From a virus: a DNA stretch of 64,000 nucleotides. The position numbers were made by a program, and so were the translations under genes. Positions 58,376-64,000 of this stretch are shown here, piece after piece (the first letter of the stretch is position 1; each line of letters begins with the position of its first letter). The stretch covers positions 1 through 64,000 of IMG/VR virus record IMGVR_UViG_3300034095_001503; one strand, written 5' to 3'. Below the pieces are notes generated by a model. That model was not told where the DNA came from, made no database searches, and saw only the letters and a program-made list of their open reading frames with translations.

Positions 58376-58405
58376 TTGATTAATAAAAAATAATTCGTAT
58401 ATTTG
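58376..58405 (+). promoter_or_regulatory. Bacteroidota-type promoter
   Basis: TTG(58376-78)-N19-TATATTTG(58398-405). Confidence 0.7.
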
Positions 58406-58426
58406 TATAAATTAAAACTTATAACT

Positions 58427-58582
58427 ATGTGTATTAAAAAATTAGTAAGCCAAACTTATTTAGATATTAAAAAATTGGTTGAAGAAACACCTAATGATAT
58501 GGATTTAGGTAAGGTGATTAGAAACTATATCGCAAAAGAAAAAGAAAAAATAGAAAAAGATGATGATTATGAAAACGTATAA
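58427..58582 (+). CDS. Small hypothetical protein (51 aa, not in the ORF track)
   Basis: MCIKKLVSQTYLDIKKLVEETPNDMDLGKVIRNYIAKEKEKIEKDDDYENV, directly after a promoter. Confidence 0.6.
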   Translation: MCIKKLVSQTYLDIKKLVEETPNDMDLGKVIRNYIAKEKEKIEKDDDYENV

Positions 58583-59060
58583 ATTAACATCTGAAATTGT
58601 TCCAAGTACATCTTGGTATAATAACGTAAGAAGCAACATATCAACGAAAGAATGGGATTATTTAAGAAAAAAATCTTATGAAGCTGCTGGTAATGTATGT
58701 GAAATATGTGGTGATACTGGTAAAAATCAAGGTTTTAACCACAACGTAGAATGTCATGAAATTTGGGAATACAACGATGAAACTCTTATACAAACACTAA
58801 CTGGGTTGATTTCATTATGTCCACACTGCCATAAAGTAAAACACCCAGGTTTGGCTCAAATAAAAGGTGAATCTGAAATAGTTATCTCTCAATTAATGAA
58901 AGTTAATGAAATAAGTAGAAATAAAGCTATGGAATATTTAACAGAAGCTTTTAATTTATATCATATGCGTTCTGAACATGAGTGGACATTAGATATTACC
59001 TATTTGGAAAATACTTTAAATGATTATAATGAAAAACCTTGGTGGGATAAAATGATTTGA
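58560..59060 (+). CDS. HNH endonuclease-like protein
   Basis: CEICG...ECHEIW...LISLCPHCHKVKH. Confidence 0.8.
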   Translation: MMIMKTYKLTSEIVPSTSWYNNVRSNISTKEWDYLRKKSYEAAGNVCEICGDTGKNQGFNHNVECHEIWEYNDETLIQTLTGLISLCPHCHKVKHPGLAQIKGESEIVISQLMKVNEISRNKAMEYLTEAFNLYHMRSEHEWTLDITYLENTLNDYNEKPWWDKMI

Positions 59061-59663
59061 TTATCTTTCTAAACTATAAACCATATTCATAACATTTGTT
59101 TTTGGGTTTTGTTTAAGATATTCATCACCTTTAGCTATAAGTTTGTTTAGTTTATCCATACCCAGAGTATAGATGAATTGTGTATTGTGTAGTTCTCTAC
59201 CTCTAGCTATCCATTTTTTATTTTCTTCGTCATCAAAATCATGACTCATATCATCGAACCATTCTTCTTTGCCAGTTCTTTGTGTTCTAACTATTGGTTT
59301 CTTTTCAACATCATCTCTAGTTGTAAATTTTTCCCATACATTAATGGCATCTTGACTGGTTGAGGAATCATCTGACATAGTAATTCCTTTTGGATAAACA
59401 TATGTCATTGCTAATTCGTATAACAATGCCCCATAACCTCTGTCAGAATAAGCACCATAAATACCATATACATCACCTTGTGTAAGACTAAATGAAATAT
59501 AACCTTTTGGTTCAGCAGTTGTTGTATCTAAGAGTAAGTTTTTTACGAGCTTGACAAGTAAAAATATGTTATCATCTTTGATAAAGATAACAGCCAAATT
59601 AGCAGTATCATTTATTGTGATTCTTGCTTCTAATAGTTCGTTAAAAATTTCACTTAGTTTCAT
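59061..59663 (-). CDS. GNAT-like acetyltransferase with putative propeptide
   Basis: DRGYGALLYE (acetyl-CoA loop-like), S...SQDAINVWEKF; starts MKLSEIFNELLEA; late promoter at 59668-75. Confidence 0.5.
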   Translation of the reverse strand: MKLSEIFNELLEARITINDTANLAVIFIKDDNIFLLVKLVKNLLLDTTTAEPKGYISFSLTQGDVYGIYGAYSDRGYGALLYELAMTYVYPKGITMSDDSSTSQDAINVWEKFTTRDDVEKKPIVRTQRTGKEEWFDDMSHDFDDEENKKWIARGRELHNTQFIYTLGMDKLNKLIAKGDEYLKQNPKTNVMNMVYSLER

Positions 59664-59685
59664 ATTAATAAATATCCTATAAAAC

Positions 59686-59716
59686 AAAAAAGCTCCACAT
59701 TTCTGTAGAGCTTTTT
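59686..59716 (-). terminator. Terminator of the capsid operon
   Basis: AAAAAGCTC...GAGCTTTTT hairpin downstream of the capsid gene. Confidence 0.7.
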
Positions 59717-59735
59717 AGTTTATATAAGATTATTA

Positions 59736-61595
59736 TTATCTTAATTCGTTAACATTAAATGTTGGTACACCATCAACTCTTACGTGACCGTAGAATCTAT
59801 TGTTAACCACTTTTTTAGCGTAACGTGTCATAATACCTTTAACTGGAGCAAAGTTAAATGGATTGTACATAGTTGGAGTTAATTGTAAAGGCACGTATGG
59901 TGCGTAGATATAACCAGTATCCAATAATGATTTTCCTTTGTGACCGATGATTACTGAGAATGCTGGTGCATAAGGGTCACGGTACACTTGGTAACGTCCA
60001 CTTAAAGAACCGATTCTTTCAATACCCATGTTGTATTGGTCTTGCTCTGGGTTAGCATCAGATACGTGGAAGTATTCTAAATCGTCAAAGATTGCAGAGA
60101 TTTCAGAAGAAACCACGATGAAGTTTGCACCACCACGAAGTGTTGATTTATGGATTTGAGCAGAAACTTGGTTTAATCTAGTGATTAAAGTTTGATTCCA
60201 TTCTTTTTGAGTATATGGGTTTGCAGATGTAGCAGCTTTTCTCCATCCGTTATAATCCCAACGTAATTGCCATGCAGCAGCTTTACGGATATCTCTAAGG
60301 ATTTCACGGTCAATCTCAGCAGCAACTTGTTCAGATAACATAGCAGTTAATTCAGCTTCAGCATCAATGTTGTGGAATGCACTAACATCTTGTGCTAACT
60401 CTGGAGACCATGTAGCTCTTAATTTTCTTTCTTCTACAGATACAACAACTTCGTCTAATCTGAAAGATACTTCTCCCATTTCAGTTTCAAGCTCTAATGA
60501 AGCGTATTCAGCCCATGCAGCAGTGAAAGTGAAAGCAGATACAGTTGTTGCAGATGCACCAACATATCCATCATAAGTAGCAGTACCAGGAGTGATATTT
60601 GTACCAGCAGCAGTTGTTCCAACTGGGTGACGTAAATCTAACTCTACATAACAAGTACCAGTACCATCAGTTAATGAACTAGAACCAGTTACGATACCTT
60701 TACCATATTGTTGAGTAACTAAACGGAAAGGAACTTCTTTACCAGCCTCGATGATTTGGTTACCGTCTCTATCTAAGATAGCAGCACTAGTTACAACGTG
60801 TAATGAAGCTAAGAAAGATTCAGTATCCATGTTGTTACCGTTAGCACCAGTCATTACTTCTCTACCGTTGTTTGTAACGTTTTTAGAGAAACCAGTGATT
60901 CCTAAGATAATACCTCTTAATGAACCATCAGTTGCAGTTGCACCTGGAGACATAGCAGCAGTAGCTACAGTATAAGAACCGTCAGTTCCTAAAGTGTAAA
61001 CAGCAGAACCACCAACTTGGATAGTAAGAGTACCTTTAGAGTTGTCAAATAAACCGTCATTGTAGAAAGCATCATAAAGATTTTTTCCTACGAATGGAGT
61101 TACAACACAACCACCAGCACTAATACAAGAAGGCAATGCAGCTCCAACTGGAGTACCATTGTTAAGACCACCTAAACCAGTGTGTGCAGAAAATTGAGTA
61201 TTATAAGCACCACCATTTACGTCATAATCAGAACCAGCATTTCCAGCACCGTCAACACGACTAGAAGTTTGTGGAACGAAGAAGAACAATTTACCAATTG
61301 GCATGTTCATAGCTTGTACAGATACGATATCGTTAGCTAATAATTTAGAGAAAACTCTACGTACAATTGGGAAAACTACAGTTTCGAAAGAACCAGAGTT
61401 AGTTGCAGTTGTAGCTTCAGTTAATAATGAAGACGCTTGGTTTTCATATAATTGAGCGATGTTTTCTTTTACGTGTCCTCTAAGACCGTCAAGGAATCCT
61501 AAAGAATCCCATTTTGTTTGTGTTTCCAAACGAATAGCTTTCATGTGGTTTAAACCGATGTTACCTACTTGTCCAGATGTTAATAAATGTGACAT
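59736..61595 (-). CDS. Major capsid protein (T4 gp23-like)
   Basis: FPIVRRVF...SVQAMNMPIG, RKLRATWSPELAQD..AFH.IDAEAELT..LS..VAAEIDREI, YAPYVPL, GIMTRY. Confidence 0.95.
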   Translation of the reverse strand: MSHLLTSGQVGNIGLNHMKAIRLETQTKWDSLGFLDGLRGHVKENIAQLYENQASSLLTEATTATNSGSFETVVFPIVRRVFSKLLANDIVSVQAMNMPIGKLFFFVPQTSSRVDGAGNAGSDYDVNGGAYNTQFSAHTGLGGLNNGTPVGAALPSCISAGGCVVTPFVGKNLYDAFYNDGLFDNSKGTLTIQVGGSAVYTLGTDGSYTVATAAMSPGATATDGSLRGIILGITGFSKNVTNNGREVMTGANGNNMDTESFLASLHVVTSAAILDRDGNQIIEAGKEVPFRLVTQQYGKGIVTGSSSLTDGTGTCYVELDLRHPVGTTAAGTNITPGTATYDGYVGASATTVSAFTFTAAWAEYASLELETEMGEVSFRLDEVVVSVEERKLRATWSPELAQDVSAFHNIDAEAELTAMLSEQVAAEIDREILRDIRKAAAWQLRWDYNGWRKAATSANPYTQKEWNQTLITRLNQVSAQIHKSTLRGGANFIVVSSEISAIFDDLEYFHVSDANPEQDQYNMGIERIGSLSGRYQVYRDPYAPAFSVIIGHKGKSLLDTGYIYAPYVPLQLTPTMYNPFNFAPVKGIMTRYAKKVVNNRFYGHVRVDGVPTFNVNELR

Positions 61596-61628
61596 ATTGT
61601 TTTTTTTTTATTTTTGTTATTGTTATTA

Positions 61629-62852
61629 TTATCTTTTTTCAACTCTGTTAATCAAATCCATGATTCTCTTTGTTGAAGGGTCAACGTATGCAGTACTTTC
61701 ATTTAATTGTTTTGAAATACTAGTAGTTGCTTCCTTAATGATTTTACTTTCTACTGATTCTGAAATTGGTTTTCTGTTCTCCAATTCAACTGCAATAGTT
61801 TTATGTAATTTTTTAGATTCTTTAAGATTAGAAATATCATCAAATCTTTTTAGAATACTTTGTTTTTCAGCTTTAGTTGTAGAGTGCTCTGTAAACAATC
61901 TTGTAATATAAGTCAAGTTTGAATTAAACACTACAGTTTCAACTAACTTATTTCTAAATTCTTTAAGAGCTGTTCTGAATTCTTGATTCTCAGTCTGTAA
62001 TTTTTTAGCTTCAGTTAATAAGCTGTTATATTTTTTTGCTGTTTCAGAAACAATTTGTTTAGCTTTGATAGATTCTCCAAGTCCTTCACGTTTTAATTCG
62101 TCTGGGAAGTTGTTAGGTTTAACTGAATTCATGCGACCATTTTTCAATGTATGTTGCATATTTTCTTCAATTTCCTCTTCTTCTTCTTCTTCGTCACCTA
62201 ATTCAGATTCTTCTTCTTCAGATTCTTCTTCTTCTTCGTCACCGAATTCAGATTCTTCTTCTTCAGATTCTTCTTCGTCATCACCCATTTCAATGTCGTA
62301 TTCAACATCAGAATCGTCTTCTTCATCATCACCACCTAATTCGATAGGTTCAATTTCAGAATCAACATCCATGTCATCACCACCTTTTAATGAATCTAGT
62401 TTAACTATATATTCACCAGGTTCTGTAACGTTTAAGTGAAGTTCATCACCAACAATTTCGATTTCGTCTTCACCGCTTAATTTTTTGTAAATTGCGATTA
62501 CATCTTCATCGCTTGCTCCAGTCATATCAAGTTCTTCTGATGATTCATCATCGTCCATTCCCATTGCACCCATAGCTGGTAATTCTTCATCACCAAATTC
62601 TGAGTCTACATCTTCGATATCACTATCTGCATTCAAGTCATCTTCGTCTTCTTCTTCTTCACCATCTATTGGTGTTAAAGGATTGACTTCTTCTTCTTCA
62701 TAAGTCGCTTCTTCAAGTGACTCTTTCACAACACTATCAATTTCTTCTTTAGCAACGCTACGAAGTATTTCTTTTGTGTTTGCATTAAGAGCGTTTTGGA
62801 TATTTTTAATATCCAAAAGAGCTTCTTCAAGTATTGATTTTTTTTCTGCCAT
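61629..62852 (-). CDS. Prohead core scaffold protein (T4 gp22-like)
   Basis: Very acidic N-half with a duplicated GDEEEEESEEEESE tract, coiled-coil C-half; lies between the protease and capsid genes. Confidence 0.75.
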   Translation of the reverse strand: MAEKKSILEEALLDIKNIQNALNANTKEILRSVAKEEIDSVVKESLEEATYEEEEVNPLTPIDGEEEEDEDDLNADSDIEDVDSEFGDEELPAMGAMGMDDDESSEELDMTGASDEDVIAIYKKLSGEDEIEIVGDELHLNVTEPGEYIVKLDSLKGGDDMDVDSEIEPIELGGDDEEDDSDVEYDIEMGDDEEESEEEESEFGDEEEEESEEEESELGDEEEEEEEIEENMQHTLKNGRMNSVKPNNFPDELKREGLGESIKAKQIVSETAKKYNSLLTEAKKLQTENQEFRTALKEFRNKLVETVVFNSNLTYITRLFTEHSTTKAEKQSILKRFDDISNLKESKKLHKTIAVELENRKPISESVESKIIKEATTSISKQLNESTAYVDPSTKRIMDLINRVEKR

Positions 62853-62971
62853 TTTATCTTTTATTTATTTTATTCTTTTATTAGATAAGCACAAGATTTC
62901 TCTCATTTGTTAATAAATATGTATTATTTTATCAAAAATCATTTTTTAATTAAAAAAAAAATATTTTTTGG

Positions 62972-63697
62972 TTAATCAGTTAAAAATTTATCTAAATCAT
63001 TTAATAGATTTTCTTTGATGATTGGTTTCTTCTTTTCAACGTTTTCAACGTATGGAGTCATTTCTTCTCTATTTCTACCAATCCATGCGTCTGGTGTAGA
63101 TGGTGCAGTAACAACGTCCCAACAAATTATTTCAAAATCGTCTTGAACTATTTGTTCACCATCTTTTCCTTCTTTAAGAGAACCAACACCACGTGAAGAA
63201 ACACCAATCTTGATTCTATTTCTTAATAAGTTAGCAACTTCGTCACCTTTTGTAGATACGATACCATAATTAATAAAACCAGGTGTCATTAAGATTTCCA
63301 TCTTACCCATAAGAGTATGACCTTCCCACCATGTTTCAACAATATTATGTGATATTCTATCACCAGCAATAATTGATGACTCTGGGTGGTCTAATTCACC
63401 TACTGCTCTACGTTCACGTATTGCTTCTTGATATAATCTGTCTTGTGATTTAAGGATTGATTCTGGATATATCCTACCATTTCGGTTTAGGATACCATAC
63501 TTTTGTAACACTACGTATACAATAAGTGGTTCAACGATAGACATTTTGCTACCAGTATCTATTTTTTTTATTTCGTTTATGAAAGGTTGATTTCTTGGTT
63601 CGTCTGGACTAATGTATCCAGCATCGTGTTCAATAAGTCCACCCCAACCGCTTTCACCACGTTTTACTATTTTAAAGTCTTTATAATTTATATCCAT
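62972..63697 (-). CDS. Prohead protease (T4 gp21-like)
   Basis: NRNGRIYP, GELDHP, SH, GVSSRGVGS, WDVV..PSTPDA; start set at ATG 63697. Confidence 0.93.
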   Translation of the reverse strand: MDINYKDFKIVKRGESGWGGLIEHDAGYISPDEPRNQPFINEIKKIDTGSKMSIVEPLIVYVVLQKYGILNRNGRIYPESILKSQDRLYQEAIRERRAVGELDHPESSIIAGDRISHNIVETWWEGHTLMGKMEILMTPGFINYGIVSTKGDEVANLLRNRIKIGVSSRGVGSLKEGKDGEQIVQDDFEIICWDVVTAPSTPDAWIGRNREEMTPYVENVEKKKPIIKENLLNDLDKFLTD

Positions 63698-63737
63698 GAT
63701 AAGTTTGCTTATATAGATATAAATATGTTGGTTAAAT

Positions 63738-63761
63738 AAAAAAAGCCCCAATGGGGCTCTT
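63738..63761 (-). terminator. Intrinsic terminator
   Basis: Minus strand AGCCCC-ATT-GGGGCTTTTTT. Confidence 0.7.
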
Positions 63762-63762
63762 A

Positions 63763-64000
63763 TTATATTTTTTTCTTATTAAAATTAAATGTTTTATTGT
63801 TTTCAAAATTTGTCTTTATCAAATTTTCTGTTACCGATTCTAATTTGTCTTTCATGTAATCTGATGTTACCGACATTTCTTCGTTTAAGAATAATGTCAT
63901 CTCACAACTCATAAAACTACGTTTCCCGTATCTTATACCAGATTCTCTGATATCCAAATCAACTATAGTTCTATTGCCATCAAAAAAACAATCCTCTTGT
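63763..64000 (-). CDS. Hypothetical protein (partial, starts beyond the window)
   Basis: Frame open to the window end (...FFDGNRTIVDLDIRESGIRYGKRSFMSCEMTLF...). Confidence 0.6.
   Translation of the reverse strand, partial: QEDCFFDGNRTIVDLDIRESGIRYGKRSFMSCEMTLFLNEEMSVTSDYMKDKLESVTENLIKTNFENNKTFNFNKKKI

Noticed and set aside
58560-59060. HNH gene as part of a group I intron near the capsid gene
   Set aside because: It is free-standing behind its own promoter and a small ORF, and interrupts no gene
3531-62439. Numerous short antisense or alternate-frame ORFs in the track (e.g. 5690..6178, 20967..21458, 61459..61911, 62065..62439)
   Set aside because: They lie within or largely overlap well-supported genes, reflect codon bias or repeats of the real strand, and lack promoters or motifs
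1-64000. Stop-codon reassignment, as seen in some jumbo phages
   Set aside because: Genes are full length and densely packed in code 11; TAG (e.g. 51320) and TGA (e.g. 35139) act as real stops
1-64000. tRNA or rRNA genes
   Set aside because: Intergenic gaps are short and AT-rich, and I saw no cloverleaf with a T-loop GTTCRA; a tRNAscan run would confirm

Overview
AT-rich 64-kb segment of a T4-related (gp21/gp22/gp23-type head) jumbo myophage genome in the standard genetic code. The host is probably a member of Bacteroidota, inferred from several TTG-N19/20-TAnnTTTG promoters and A-rich ribosome-loading regions without a Shine-Dalgarno sequence. Left to right it contains: fibre and neck/tail-completion genes; a SNF2-type helicase, glutaredoxin and family-B DNA polymerase; a long block of fibre/adhesin-like genes (YadA-like repeats, an S74 chaperone domain, a frameshifted coiled-coil fibre); putative head-internal proteins; a ~19-kb glycan locus with about 10 glycosyltransferase-like genes plus sugar-modifying enzymes, dUTPase and PhoH; a sigma-factor-like gene; baseplate genes; nucleases; major capsid protein, scaffold and prohead protease. 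The main candidate for an undescribed system is virion glycosylation: an [S/T]-[G/A]-x-T tetrapeptide is strongly enriched in many unrelated surface virion proteins and nearly absent from the enzymes I inspected, next to the large glycosyltransferase locus. Other notable items are a self-contained zinc-ribbon gene whose transcript ends can base-pair and which has a structured leader, a late promoter (ATATTTAT) that is the reverse complement of the T4 late promoter, and a 2-bp frameshift inside a 99-bp tandem repeat. All family calls come from motif recognition by eye; no database search was run.
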